In this document: one piece after another, positions 1 through 10,900 of the stretch
Layout of the letters: each line of letters opens with the position of its first letter
Numbering within the stretch: position 1 is the first letter of the stretch
IMG/VR virus record: IMGVR_UViG_3300045210_000027
Source: an uncultured virus (IMG/VR IMGVR_UViG_3300045210_000027)
Taxonomy: Duplodnaviria; Heunggongvirae; Uroviricota; Caudoviricetes
Length of the DNA stretch: 64,000 nucleotides
Reading direction: 5' to 3' (one strand)
Made by a program: the position numbers and the translations under genes
The notes under the pieces: generated by a model
The model's input: the letters and a program-made list of their open reading frames with translations, nothing else
Told to the model about the DNA's origin: nothing
Databases searched by the model: none

Positions 1-865
1 GCTTCTGGCTGTCGGTCGCGAGGGTCTTCACGGTGGCCATGTCTGCCTCCAAGGCGGTGGTGGTGATGGGGCCGGGGTCGCCGTCGGTGACGAGGCCGGC
101 GTCGTGCTGGTAGGTGCGCACTGCGGTGCGGGTGGCGTCGCCGAGGACGCCGTCGATCAGCCACTTCGTGGTGTCGAGGTAGCCGAGGTCGGCGAGCGCC
201 TGCTGGATCTTCTTGATGCCGGCCGCGGGTGCGGGCGCCGGGGAAGGGCCAGGATCCGAGCTGCCGGTGATCTGCTTGGCGCGGGCGAGGATGGTCGGCA
301 TCTGCAAGATCCGGTCGTCACCCGGGCAGGTCTTGCCGAAGGCCGATGACCACCGCTCGGTCTTGAGGTTGGAGCGGTGCAGGCCAAGGAGGCCGGGCCG
401 GCCGGAGAAGTTGCCCTGCACGCCGAGGCGGTGCCAGCCCAGCCCGTGCTGACTCGTCGCGGAGGAGGTCATGAGGCGGAGGGGGACGTCGTAGGTGCGG
501 TGCGCCCACGCGGCGATCTGGGCGAGGGTCTCGACCTGGGCGTCCGTCCACGGCTCGCCGTCCACGCCCTGGGTCTCGACGGTGATGGCGCGCAGGTCGC
601 CGTCCCCGCACGCCCAGGAGACGTGGTCGGTGTCGACGTACTGCTCGACCAACCCGCTGTAGAGGACGAACAGGTGAGAGGACGCGCGGACGGCGGGCAG
701 GTTGAAGTAGTCGCGCAGGCTCGCGGCCTTGGATGCTGCGACGTGATAGATCACGGCCGTCGTTCCGCCAGGGCGGGCCGCGGTCCGGTCGATCTTGCCG
801 CCGCTGCGGACGAGGCCGAAGTTCGTGCTGATGGGCTTCTGGATGGCGCCGGGGAATTGGGCCAT
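1..865 (-). CDS. Endolysin (amidase-type plus peptidoglycan-binding domain), 3' truncated by the window
   Basis: ATG at 865 with GGAGG RBS; near-identical to 35948-36812; YH..., SSHLFV, DG..G..T motifs. Confidence 0.9.
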   Translation of the reverse strand, partial: MAQFPGAIQKPISTNFGLVRSGGKIDRTAARPGGTTAVIYHVAASKAASLRDYFNLPAVRASSHLFVLYSGLVEQYVDTDHVSWACGDGDLRAITVETQGVDGEPWTDAQVETLAQIAAWAHRTYDVPLRLMTSSATSQHGLGWHRLGVQGNFSGRPGLLGLHRSNLKTERWSSAFGKTCPGDDRILQMPTILARAKQITGSSDPGPSPAPAPAAGIKKIQQALADLGYLDTTKWLIDGVLGDATRTAVRTYQHDAGLVTDGDPGPITTTALEADMATVKTLATDSQK

Positions 866-874
866 GGGGGCCTC

Positions 875-1243
875 CTAGAGGTCTTTGCGGATCTCGGTGG
901 GTGTGTCTGGCACGGGGTCCGGCACGTCGGCGTCGGGTGGGGTGCGACGGCCGATCCAGGCGAGCAGGCGCCGCACGAACTCGATCGCGACCCAGTAGCG
1001 GGTCCAGAGGGTGTCGAGCTGCTGGCGCAGGTCGTCGCGCTCGGCCCGCAGGGGTGCGACCTGGTGCTCCTGGACGTCGTCGAGGATCTGGGACCAGATG
1101 CCGCCGCGGGCCGTCAGGTCGTCACGCTCGTCGGCGCGGACGCCACGCTTGCGGTCGTCGCGGTTGCGGAGGTGGCCAGTGATCGCGACCGCGAGGCCGG
1201 TCAGGATGCCGCCGAGGGCGGTGATGAGGGGCGCGGCGTCCAC
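875..1243 (-). CDS. Lysis-cassette membrane protein (N-terminal TM plus coiled coil)
   Basis: Hydrophobic N-terminus, adjacent to endolysin; positional equivalent of 36823-37206. Confidence 0.7.
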   Translation of the reverse strand: MDAAPLITALGGILTGLAVAITGHLRNRDDRKRGVRADERDDLTARGGIWSQILDDVQEHQVAPLRAERDDLRQQLDTLWTRYWVAIEFVRRLLAWIGRRTPPDADVPDPVPDTPTEIRKDL

Positions 1244-1247
1244 CCGA

Positions 1248-1718
1248 TCACCCCCGGTCGGTGGTCGGCGGTCGAGGATCTCCTCGCTTGAGGTCGTGAA
1301 GGACGCGTTGAGTCTTGGCCGTGGCGTCGACCTCGACGGCCCGGTCGATGAGCAGCAGCAGGCACGTGGCGATCCACGCGCCCTGCGACATGCGGGTGAT
1401 CGTCTCGGCCGCGATCAGTGACCAGACACCGACCGCGTATCCCAGCGCGCCGCCAGCCGCCAACGGCGCAGCCCAGCGTTCGACGCGCCACCGGTCCCGG
1501 CCGGGCCGGTCCGTGGCCACGGACCAGGCGCCGGCGGGACCGCCGATCACGGCGAGCACCGCGGCCAGGTAGATGACGGCCTCGCCCAGTGCCCCGGCGA
1601 TCGTGCGGGGCGTGAGGACCAGCATGCTGATGCCCGCCACCAGCACCGTCAGGTACGCGGCCGTCAGCAGAGTGCGACGCAGGAGACGATGCGCGCGCGA
1701 GAGATGCCGAAGAGTCAC
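1248..1718 (-). CDS. Multi-pass membrane protein (holin-like)
   Basis: About four hydrophobic segments; GTGA overlap with upstream gene. Confidence 0.65.
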   Translation of the reverse strand: MTLRHLSRAHRLLRRTLLTAAYLTVLVAGISMLVLTPRTIAGALGEAVIYLAAVLAVIGGPAGAWSVATDRPGRDRWRVERWAAPLAAGGALGYAVGVWSLIAAETITRMSQGAWIATCLLLLIDRAVEVDATAKTQRVLHDLKRGDPRPPTTDRG

Positions 1719-2206
1719 GACGATCCCTCCTCGAGCTCCCAGCCGGCGGGGTACTCCGCCGGGGACCATGCGTTGCTGTCGACGAGGGACACCCACACCT
1801 GCCCCTCGAACGTCACCCGGTCGCCCATGCTGTACGGGTTGTGGGCCTGGGGTCGCTGCCACTCAGATGGGGGCGCGCCCTCGGGCACGATCTCCCGCCA
1901 CGAGCTGAGCGGCTCGGCGCCGGGCTCGTCCGGGTTCCCCGCGCGGAGGGACTCCCACTCGCGCCCGTCGTGCGTGACCCGCCAGCCGAGGGGGTAGGCG
2001 TCGTGATACCCGGTCGGGCGCACCCACTCGTCGCCCTCGGTGTAGCCCGTCGCCGCGAACCTCTGCTCGAGGAGCCCCTCTATCCGGCCGTCGAGCTCGG
2101 CGATCGACCGCCGCTTGGACTGCTCCGCAAGAAGCGGGTCCCGGCGGGCATCGATCTCGATCAGCTCGGCGGTGATCGCCTCGTCCGTCATCTCTTCCGG
2201 GTTCAC
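1715..2206 (-). CDS. Tail-associated protein with two carbohydrate-binding (CBM5/12-like) repeats
   Basis: W...Y..GD.VT..G..W motifs; GTGA-coupled start. Confidence 0.7.
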   Translation of the reverse strand: MNPEEMTDEAITAELIEIDARRDPLLAEQSKRRSIAELDGRIEGLLEQRFAATGYTEGDEWVRPTGYHDAYPLGWRVTHDGREWESLRAGNPDEPGAEPLSSWREIVPEGAPPSEWQRPQAHNPYSMGDRVTFEGQVWVSLVDSNAWSPAEYPAGWELEEGSS

Positions 2207-4974
2207 TTCTTCACCGTGATCTCTAGGACCGCAGTCCCGTTGAAGTAGCCGTAGTCGGCAGTGGACGCGCGCCACGACGGCGGGTTGATGCGGAACGCGG
2301 ACGTGTTGCCGTTCTTCAGTTCGGGCATGGCCGCGTCGACACCCAACCACCTCGTCTGACCAGGCGAGAACGACGGCGAGCCGATGCGAGCTCGACCGGA
2401 CTCGTTGTTCGGTCGCGAGTCCGCTCGCGCGTTCCACAGCTCGATGACAGTCGCCCCGTTGTTCCCGGAGTGATCGTTCTTGAGCCGCAGCCGCGCCGAC
2501 ACCATGTCCGCACCCGAGCAGAAAGCCATGATCGCGGCCCGATCGAAGCCCCACATCGCCGAGAGCACGCCGTTCGCGCTCGACCAGTACCCCGAGTACC
2601 CCCGGGTCTGCGCCGGCGGGTTGTACGCATACCGCGAACCCCCCGGACCGCCAGCGAACGACTGCACCCACGTCGAATTGAACGTCGCGGTGTAGAGGCG
2701 CTTGCCCGGCTGGGTCTCGTTCCCACCGCCCGTGCCGCCGCCACCGGACGGAACCCACGGCGTGTGCGCGACCGCATCCTCGCGCGGCCCGATGTCCTCG
2801 ACCCACATCTCCTGGTTGTTCCCGGACGTGAAGTTCAGCGTGGCACCCGTGTCGAGAGAGCGGACGAAGATACCGAGCGTGATCGTCGCGTCGTAGGGCC
2901 AACCCCACTCGCTCACCGACCGCGTGTGCGAGAACTCGAACGACTGCGAGTGCCCCGACCCGAGGCCCGGCAGATACCAAGAATGCTGCTGACTGTTGTT
3001 CGGCCCCACGGAGTCGCCCGCCGCCTGACGAAGCTGGAAGTACGCGCGGGGCGCCGCCGTTCCCGCGTGCCCACGAAAGCCAACCCGGATCTTCCGATTG
3101 TCCTTCGGCGTCCGGAACGTGACAGCAAGAAGTCGTGCGTTGCTCGTACCGACCAGCGCGTCCGACGTGTTCCGCGTGTGCGCCATGATCCCGCGCGGCA
3201 ACGCATCAAGAAGCTCCTGAAGCTCGGTGCCCTTGTACTCCAGACCCTCGTTCGCGGAGACCGTGCGCCCCGTAACGTTGCCGTCCCCGTCGATGCCACC
3301 GACGATCGCGCCGTCCGCATCGAGCACCGCGATCGCCACCGAGCCGTCAGCCCGGATCGACACGATCGGATTACCCTCAGGCCCCAGCAGCGTGATGCCC
3401 TCAGGCACGATCTGGATCCCGTAACCCGTCTCGGGGTCCGTGTAGGCCACGTTCATCTTGCTCGCGGTCACGCCGCCGTCCACGATCAGCGGCGAGTCGA
3501 TCAGCTGCACCACCGACCCGCCAGGGCCGACCGTGTACGAGCCGGAGGCCGCATACACGATCGGGTGGAAGCACACCGCACCGGCCGGGACCGTCCACAC
3601 CATCTCCGCCACGCCATCGGTGATAGTCGTGTCCGCGGCGGCGCCGAGGAGTTGGCGGCTGCCGCCGGCGGTCCACCGCTCGATCCGGATGTACGGGGCG
3701 CTGCCGGTGATGTCCGCGACGGGGACGCGGATCCGGTAGACCTCGCCCTCGGCGACCTGGATAGCCGAGTCGCGAGCGATCAGGTTCGAGGTCGGCCCGT
3801 AGTACATGAACGTCGTCTGCGTCAGGCCCGCCGAGGAGACCGTGGCGCCAGACCGCGAGCGCCGTGCCTCGGTGAGGGTGGCGTCCGTGAAGCGGGGGTC
3901 CGCCAAGAGGTTCGTGCCGGCCCCGACGAGGAGCATGTCGGTGCCGATCTTCCGCGACCGGACGACGTCCGCGTACAGCCGCTCGATGACCGCCGCCGCC
4001 AGCGTGCTCTGGCCGGTGACCGTGAGGGACCCGATGTCGGCCGAGGAGATGACCTCGTGCCCGTACTGGTCCTGCACCCACTCGTCGCCGTCCCAGGTCC
4101 ACTGTCTGAGGACGACGGCACGTGAGGCGTCTTCGTACTGCCACCAGGTATCGCCGACGGCCGTGCCGTCACCGGAGGGCGGCGTCGTGCCACCCATGCG
4201 GGCGTTCTTCCCGTTCGCGGACACGACGGCCGCCTCCGCGACGCTGAGTGCGTTCCCAGCGGCCGTGCTCGCGGCATCCGCCGTGCTCTGCGCGGTGCCC
4301 ACCTGGATGAACGCGGCATCGAGGCGATCGCCGAGCTCTCCGCCCGTCGTCTCGATCCAGTCCTGCGCGGCCTGAGCGTCGGCCTTCGCCTGCGTGATCC
4401 CCTCGACCGCGTCTACCAGTGCGTCATTGATCGCCACGGCGTCCGCCGGCACCTCCACCAGCCCGGCCGACAGGCCCGACAGCGGCGAGCGCCGGCCGGA
4501 GACCGCGCGGGTCACGAGCCCGACGCGCCAGGTGCCCGGCGCGAGGGACAGGACCTTCGCCCCGCCGGCCTGCGCGGTGATGACTCCCTGTCGGTCCGCC
4601 GCCGTGATCTCGGGGTCGCGGCCGGTCGCGGCGTAGACCTCGACGGCCTCGAAGTCGAGCGGGAGCACGGGCTGGTTGACGAGTCCGCCGTCCCAGCGGA
4701 CCGCGAGCACGCCGACACCGCCGTCGAGAACGGGAGGTGTCGGTGCCGCGGGCTCGGGACCGTTGAGAGTGGTCGCGCCCCAGGTGCCGTCGTGCTGTAG
4801 GCCGACCTCGCCCATGAGCGAGCCGTCGTCATCGCGGACGAGCAGGGACCCCGAGTCGATCGAGGAGGACGTCAGCTGCGGGGTGGTGGCGAGATCTCGC
4901 GTGAGTTCGCGCAGGTCGGCGATCTCGTCGGCGAGCCGCTGGGCGGCTCGGCGTGCCTGGATGTCGATGTTCAC
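2203..4974 (-). CDS. Minor tail / receptor-binding protein
   Basis: 923 aa, beta-rich, last large gene of the tail module. Confidence 0.8.
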   Translation of the reverse strand: MNIDIQARRAAQRLADEIADLRELTRDLATTPQLTSSSIDSGSLLVRDDDGSLMGEVGLQHDGTWGATTLNGPEPAAPTPPVLDGGVGVLAVRWDGGLVNQPVLPLDFEAVEVYAATGRDPEITAADRQGVITAQAGGAKVLSLAPGTWRVGLVTRAVSGRRSPLSGLSAGLVEVPADAVAINDALVDAVEGITQAKADAQAAQDWIETTGGELGDRLDAAFIQVGTAQSTADAASTAAGNALSVAEAAVVSANGKNARMGGTTPPSGDGTAVGDTWWQYEDASRAVVLRQWTWDGDEWVQDQYGHEVISSADIGSLTVTGQSTLAAAVIERLYADVVRSRKIGTDMLLVGAGTNLLADPRFTDATLTEARRSRSGATVSSAGLTQTTFMYYGPTSNLIARDSAIQVAEGEVYRIRVPVADITGSAPYIRIERWTAGGSRQLLGAAADTTITDGVAEMVWTVPAGAVCFHPIVYAASGSYTVGPGGSVVQLIDSPLIVDGGVTASKMNVAYTDPETGYGIQIVPEGITLLGPEGNPIVSIRADGSVAIAVLDADGAIVGGIDGDGNVTGRTVSANEGLEYKGTELQELLDALPRGIMAHTRNTSDALVGTSNARLLAVTFRTPKDNRKIRVGFRGHAGTAAPRAYFQLRQAAGDSVGPNNSQQHSWYLPGLGSGHSQSFEFSHTRSVSEWGWPYDATITLGIFVRSLDTGATLNFTSGNNQEMWVEDIGPREDAVAHTPWVPSGGGGTGGGNETQPGKRLYTATFNSTWVQSFAGGPGGSRYAYNPPAQTRGYSGYWSSANGVLSAMWGFDRAAIMAFCSGADMVSARLRLKNDHSGNNGATVIELWNARADSRPNNESGRARIGSPSFSPGQTRWLGVDAAMPELKNGNTSAFRINPPSWRASTADYGYFNGTAVLEITVKK

Positions 4975-6062
4975 GCGGGGACCACCTCCATGGTGTGCTC
5001 GCCGCTCTCGCAGTCGGCGGTGATCTCGATGACGCGCACCCAGTGGTCGAGCTGCACCCAGCCGGCGTCACCGCTGATGGGTAGTTCGTCGCCGGGCTGG
5101 ACCTGCCAGGGGTCGAAGGTCTCGGTGGGGACGACGACGATCGAGCCGACGACGCTGGTGCCGGTGCGGCGGGCAGCCTCGGAGCGGGCCCGTGTTTCGG
5201 CGGTGGGTCGTCTTCCGATGCCCTTCGCGGTCACGAGTGCCGCCCGTCGGAGCCGGTCGGTCGTCCGGCTGGCAGTCGCGGACACCGTCGCGGAGCCCTC
5301 GCCGGCGCCGAGCACGAGCACGTCGCTGCTGTAGGGCTCGTGCTGGACGGGGGGCACCTGGATGATCTCCGCGCCGACGGTGAGTCGTTGGTGCCGGCGA
5401 GCGCCGAGCCGCGGGAAGGCGCGGCGGATGTGCCACCGGACCGCCCGGGCCTGGCCTGGTGCCCAGTTCGGCACCTCTTGCCACTCGATCCCGGCGTCTT
5501 CGAGGAGGCGTGCCCGTTCCTGGCCCACGTTCGCTGTCTGCCACCAGGACAGCCGGTAGGGGCCAGCGGTGAACTCGACGTCCTGGCCAGTGCTGGTCTG
5601 AAAGTTCACGTCCCGCTCGGGCTCTCCGATGCGCTTGGTGGTGGTGAGCGGGTCGAGGGTGACGCCGAGGAAGCCGCCTGCCCAGGCCTGCATGCGGTCC
5701 CAGATGTCCTGGTCGATCGTCGCGGGGTCGGCGTCGATGTAGGACCGGTCGGCCGTGAGCCAGGGCTGGCCGTGTAGCCAGGAGGACGGGCCGACGGCGT
5801 CGATGCTGACCTGTTGGTCGTCGTAGGACACGCCGCCGTCCGGGATGATGCCGCCGCCGCGCAGCTGGTCACCCTCGACCGCGTAGATTGCCGTCCCCCA
5901 CTCCCGGAGCCGACCGGTTAGGTGGGCGAGCTCGATAGGGAGCGTGCCTGACAGGCTCGCGGCCGCTGACAGGGAGCGTGTGACCTGGGCGCCCGAGAGC
6001 GGGGCTGCGAGGTCGATCCACTCCCCAGAGGGGAGCTCCTGGACCATGAACGACCAGCCCAC
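4971..6062 (-). CDS. Minor tail protein (hub-like)
   Basis: Position in tail module; VLVLGAGEG motif. Confidence 0.75.
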   Translation of the reverse strand: MGWSFMVQELPSGEWIDLAAPLSGAQVTRSLSAAASLSGTLPIELAHLTGRLREWGTAIYAVEGDQLRGGGIIPDGGVSYDDQQVSIDAVGPSSWLHGQPWLTADRSYIDADPATIDQDIWDRMQAWAGGFLGVTLDPLTTTKRIGEPERDVNFQTSTGQDVEFTAGPYRLSWWQTANVGQERARLLEDAGIEWQEVPNWAPGQARAVRWHIRRAFPRLGARRHQRLTVGAEIIQVPPVQHEPYSSDVLVLGAGEGSATVSATASRTTDRLRRAALVTAKGIGRRPTAETRARSEAARRTGTSVVGSIVVVPTETFDPWQVQPGDELPISGDAGWVQLDHWVRVIEITADCESGEHTMEVVPA

Positions 6063-6063
6063 G

Positions 6064-7041
6064 CTAGATCGGCTCCTCGTCGAACGCCCACTGGATGCCG
6101 ATGGCCGACTGGTAGTCCGCCCACCACAGCCCGCTGCCGGCCGTGCGCATCGCCTGCACGTTCAGTGTCTGGTAAGTGCCACGCCGGGGCGCCTCGAGCG
6201 CGATGTCACCGAGCATCGTGTAGTGCACGCGCTTACCGCTGTTGGAGTACGACCCGTCGTCGTCCTCCTCCTTGATGATCCCGTTCTGCGACCACGTCGA
6301 ACCGATACCGACCCGGGTACCCGCGACCGACGCCTGGTTGCCGGTGTACAGGACGCCAGACAGGTGCACGACCATCGACAGGCGGGTCGCCCACTCCGGC
6401 ACGAAAACGACGGGCCGGTCACCGGATCGGATCGGCCAGGCGGCGTAGGAGCCACCCTGCGGGATCTGGTAGGCCGTGCCCTCGGCCGCGTTGCCCGTCG
6501 GGAAGACCGTCGCCTGGCCGGCCACGCGGCGCGGGGACGCCATGCGCCGCAGGTCAGTGATGTGGGCGGCCTGCACGGTGCCCGTCGACGCGGGCAGGGT
6601 GACACGGGCCAGGGCGACCGCCGGGTACGGCAGGCCGAGCTCGGCCGCCGTGCTCGTGGTCACTGGCACGCTCCCGATCCGCTCGATGCGCACACCCGGC
6701 AGGTCGCCCGCGTACTGCGGGTCCTCGACCCGGGCCACGATCAGGTCGGTGCGGGCGCCAGCCGACGACGTCGCGGGGATATCGACGTCGCCCGCGACGG
6801 GCATGCGCGCCGCGTAGGACTGCTGCCCACCGCCCCCGTAGGTCGACGCGATCACGGCCGCCCCGGGCATGACGCGGACACCGCCACCCGGGACGTCCAG
6901 GGGCGTCACCTTGAGGTCCGGGGCGGCGACGACGCCCGACGCGCCACCCGACGCCAGGTAGGCCAGCATCCGGCCGACCTCGACCGTGTGCTCGTAGCCG
7001 TTACCGAAAGCCCATCCCTGCATCTCGAGCGAAGTCGCCAT
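6064..7041 (-). CDS. Minor tail protein
   Basis: R.DLIVARV.DP and LARVTLPA...ITDLR motifs typical of actinophage minor tail proteins. Confidence 0.75.
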   Translation of the reverse strand: MATSLEMQGWAFGNGYEHTVEVGRMLAYLASGGASGVVAAPDLKVTPLDVPGGGVRVMPGAAVIASTYGGGGQQSYAARMPVAGDVDIPATSSAGARTDLIVARVEDPQYAGDLPGVRIERIGSVPVTTSTAAELGLPYPAVALARVTLPASTGTVQAAHITDLRRMASPRRVAGQATVFPTGNAAEGTAYQIPQGGSYAAWPIRSGDRPVVFVPEWATRLSMVVHLSGVLYTGNQASVAGTRVGIGSTWSQNGIIKEEDDDGSYSNSGKRVHYTMLGDIALEAPRRGTYQTLNVQAMRTAGSGLWWADYQSAIGIQWAFDEEPI

Positions 7042-7050
7042 GGTGTCCTC

Positions 7051-7956
7051 CTAGATCGATGCGTGCGCGTCGCGCCACGTGATGACGGCCTGCCCCGACC
7101 CCGTGGGATCGGTGGCGAACAAGGTGAACTCCGAGCGCCCCGGGTCGACGGTGAGTCGGTCCAGGCGGGTAGCGCGCGTGATCCGCGACGCCGGATTCGG
7201 TGCGGGCGCGCCGCCGATGGTCGCCCGCACGGTACGGGTCCGGCCGTCGAAGATCACGGCCTCGTCGTATGCGAGCGGGCCGGTCACGCCGACCTCCCAC
7301 CCCGACGAGTGCACGACCCGCGGGTTCGACATCGGGCCCCGCAGCTCGACGACCACGGGGGCGGGCACGGTGCCCTCGAGGTCGACGATCCCGGACCGCT
7401 GGCCCGGCACCCCGTCGGTGTCCCAGACGACGTCGAATACGACCGGGAAGATCAGGCCCGTCGCGCCCGCCGAGGGGGTCGTGCCGATCGACACCGACCG
7501 CTCGAGGTCGCCGTACACGAGCGGATCCATGACCTCGAACGAGCAGACGATCGCGCCGGTGCCGACCGTCGTCCCCACGGTCTCTTCCGGACCCGCGAAC
7601 TCACGGGCACGCCCGTACACCCGGAACCACTCGCCGGCCCGGTAGACGCGCAGGACTGCGAGCTCGCCCGGCGCCAAGGACCGGGCCCGCGCCCACGCGC
7701 CGCCCAGTTGACGGGCGAGCGCGTAGGCGCCGGCGTTGTCCTCCGCGTCCGTCGTGATGTCGAACGTCCACGTCGAGGAGCCAAGGTAGTCCCGGCCCGG
7801 GATCGTGCCGTGCCGGTGCGGGGCCGGCACCGCTTGCGAACGCACCGAGGCTGCTGCCCGGGACACGGAGGCGACCATGTAGCCGCCCTCGCGCCTGCCG
7901 CCGAACGTCACACCCTCGAGCTCGTAGACGGCGCCAGCCGTCGGATCGAGCGCCAT
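7051..7956 (-). CDS. Distal tail (Dit-like) protein
   Basis: Directly follows the tape measure gene; F...DP..YG motif. Confidence 0.75.
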   Translation of the reverse strand: MALDPTAGAVYELEGVTFGGRREGGYMVASVSRAAASVRSQAVPAPHRHGTIPGRDYLGSSTWTFDITTDAEDNAGAYALARQLGGAWARARSLAPGELAVLRVYRAGEWFRVYGRAREFAGPEETVGTTVGTGAIVCSFEVMDPLVYGDLERSVSIGTTPSAGATGLIFPVVFDVVWDTDGVPGQRSGIVDLEGTVPAPVVVELRGPMSNPRVVHSSGWEVGVTGPLAYDEAVIFDGRTRTVRATIGGAPAPNPASRITRATRLDRLTVDPGRSEFTLFATDPTGSGQAVITWRDAHASI

Positions 7957-7959
7957 CGG

Positions 7960-10900
7960 CTACCCCCTGCTCCTGGCCCGGACGCCGCGCTCCCGGGCCT
8001 TCATCGCGAAGTCGATAGCACCGACCACCCGGCCGGCGTCCCCGTTCTCCACGGTCACGACCGCGGCGGGGCCGGTCGCGTAGGCCGGCCACTGAGCCTC
8101 GCCGTTGGCGATCGCCTCGAGCTGGCGCCACTGGTCGCCGGTGAGGATCGCCTCCGGCTCGCCAGAGAGGTTCAGCGCGGCGTGGCCGTGCTCGAGGATG
8201 CCGCCCTGGTCGAACAGCCCGGTCATCGTCGGGTTGATCGGTGCCTGAAAGTTCCCGCGGTTGACCTCGAAGTGGAGGTGCGGGCCGGTGCTGTTCCCGG
8301 TGTTGCCGGACAGGGCGAGGATGTCGCCCCGGTTGAAGGCCTGGCCATCGGCCGCGAACACGCGGCTGAGGTGCCCGAAGTAGGCGCCGAAGCCGTTGGC
8401 GAGCATCATCATCAGGCCCAGGCCCGTGCGGCCGGCGAGAGTGCCGAAACCGGACCGGATGACCTGCCCATCGAACGGGGCCCGCAGCTGGGTGCCGACC
8501 GGCATGGCAAGGTCGATGCCGGCGTGCATGCCACCCCACCGTGGACCGAAGCGGCTCGTCACGGGGCCGGGGCCGGGCCTGAGCCATCCGCCGCCCGCAC
8601 CAGCGCCCGCAACGCCGGCACCGAGCATGGCCGGGTCGAACTTGTCGACGCCGGACATGGTCCGGGCGAGGTACTCCTCGTCCTGGCCACGGATCCAGTC
8701 CATGAGCCGGTCCTTGACGTTGACCATCGCACTGCCCGCGAGCTCACCGAACCGGCCATGCTCAGCCATCCGCCCGGCGATGCCCTCGAAGATCGGGCCG
8801 AGCAGAGCGTCCGCCGCCGAAGCGAGCGCCCCGCGAGTCCACCTCAGTGCCGCGCCGGCGGCGTCGGTGACGGCGCCCCACGCGTCCGACACCCAGTCCC
8901 CGGGGCCGCCCATCGGGGCGAGCGCCCGCGCCGGGGAAGGTCCGGCGAGGATCTGGGACTGCTGGTCGGTAAGGTCGCGGCCGGCGTCGAGCGCGGCGAG
9001 CGCCTCGGCGGTCTGGCCGGCGGTGTAGACGCGTCCGGGGGTGGTCAGGTCGATGAGCTCGGGGCCCTCTTCGCCGACGAGCGCCCACCCTGGGGAGGCG
9101 TAGCCTCCTCGGGCGAACGCCCGGGGTGCGAGGCCCCTGGTCGTGGAGCCGCGCTGGACTGGCGCGGAGGCGGGTGTGCCGCCGAACTCGCCGATCTCGT
9201 CTGCGCGCTCGAGCTGGCTGGCGCCGATGACGCCGGCGACTGCGTTGTAGGCCTTGCGGAGGCCCGCGTTCCACACGTAGCGAATCACCCAGTTGATCGG
9301 GGTGCGGAAGAAGTTGGCGACCCGGTCGAAGGCTCGGCGCAGGAAGTCGACTCCGGTCTCCACGCCGGGGACAACGGTGTCGGAGATGAAGGAGCTCATC
9401 GCCTGCCAGACGGGCTTGATGGTCGCGTTCCAGATGTCGGAGATGACGCCGCCGACGGTCTCGAACACGCCCGTGACGGCGTCCTTGAAGGAGTTGAAGG
9501 CTCCGGTGAGGTCGCCGTTGAGGATGGACTGGATCGTGTCGAAGATCGGCTTGATGACGTTGTTCCAGGCGCTGGAGATGAAGTCGCCGATTCCCGCGAA
9601 GGCGGGGCCGACGACGTTCTGCCACAGCCCGGTGATCGCCGGGCCGACCTTGTTGATGATGATGTCCTCGACCTTGTTGAAGATCGGTCGGCCGACGTTG
9701 TCCCACCAGGCCTGGATCGTCTCGCCGATCTCGGTGAACGCTGGCTTGATGACGTCCTGCCAGAGCTCGCGGATCGTGGGGATCACGTAGTCCTGGATGA
9801 CGCCCCAGATGCCCATGAAGGTGGGCTCGACGTACTCGGTCCACATCGTCTGCGCGCGGTCCCCGAACTCGACCAGTGCCGGCACGATGACGTTGGTGAG
9901 GGTGTCACCGAGGGAGGTCAGGGCAGGGCCGATGTACTCGTCCCACATGTCCCCGATCCAGGAGAGCACGGGAGAGACGTAGGAGTCCCACGCCGAGGAC
10001 AGTGCCGGGAACGCGGACTCGGTCAGCCAGGCCATGCCGTCGCCGAAGGCGCTGAAGACTCGGCTCGCGATCGGCTCGAGCACGACGAGCACGTTGTTCT
10101 TGAACAGCTGCCACTGCTCGGCGAAGTCCATCGTCTCCTCGCCGGCGCCGAGGATCGTGTCCTCGGTCATGCCCGCGACGGACGCCAGATCGTCCATGGC
10201 GAGAGTGCCGTCCTGGATCGCGCCAATGAACTGGGTCGCGTTGCGGGTGCCGAACACCTCGCCCGCGAGATCGATCGCGGCCGCCTGATCCCCGGCAGCG
10301 AGGAAGGCGTCGATCTCGTCCACGGTCCGCCGGAAGGCCTCCGCGGGCTCCTCCCCGTCGCGGGCCAGTCGCACGAGCGACTGCGACATGCCCATCATCA
10401 TCCGGGAGGAGTTCAGGCCCGCCCGGTCGAGGTTTCCGACCAGGGCGGCCGTCTCCTCGAAGGAGAAGCCGAGCTGCTGCACCGCGGGCGCGTTCGACGA
10501 CACCTGGGCCGCGAGGTCGTTCATTCCGATGCCCGTGGCCTGGGAGACCCGGAAGAGGTGGTCCATGGCCCCGGAGACCTGGTCCGACTCGAGACCGAAG
10601 GCGTTGAACGCGGAGCTCACGCCGTGGATGTCGACGTCCTCGCCAAGGATGCGGCCCGCCTCGAGGACCTGGCTCGCCACGGTCTCGAGATCGTCGCCGG
10701 TGAGCCCGAGCCGGGTGTTCAGGTCTGCGACCGCGGTGCCGATGTCCTCGAACTGGGCTGGCACCTGGGTGCCGACCTGCCGCGCGGACTCCACCAGAGC
10801 CTCGAGGTCGTCGCCCGTGGCACCCGTTCCGACCCGGATCGTGTCCTCGACCTCGTCGAAGGTCTCACCGATCGAGTACAGGGCACGCGTCGCGGCCGCC

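Noticed and set aside
1..2026. DGR template/variable repeat pairs (endolysin and CBM duplicates)
   Set aside because: No reverse transcriptase in the window; differences are not adenine-specific and are mostly synonymous
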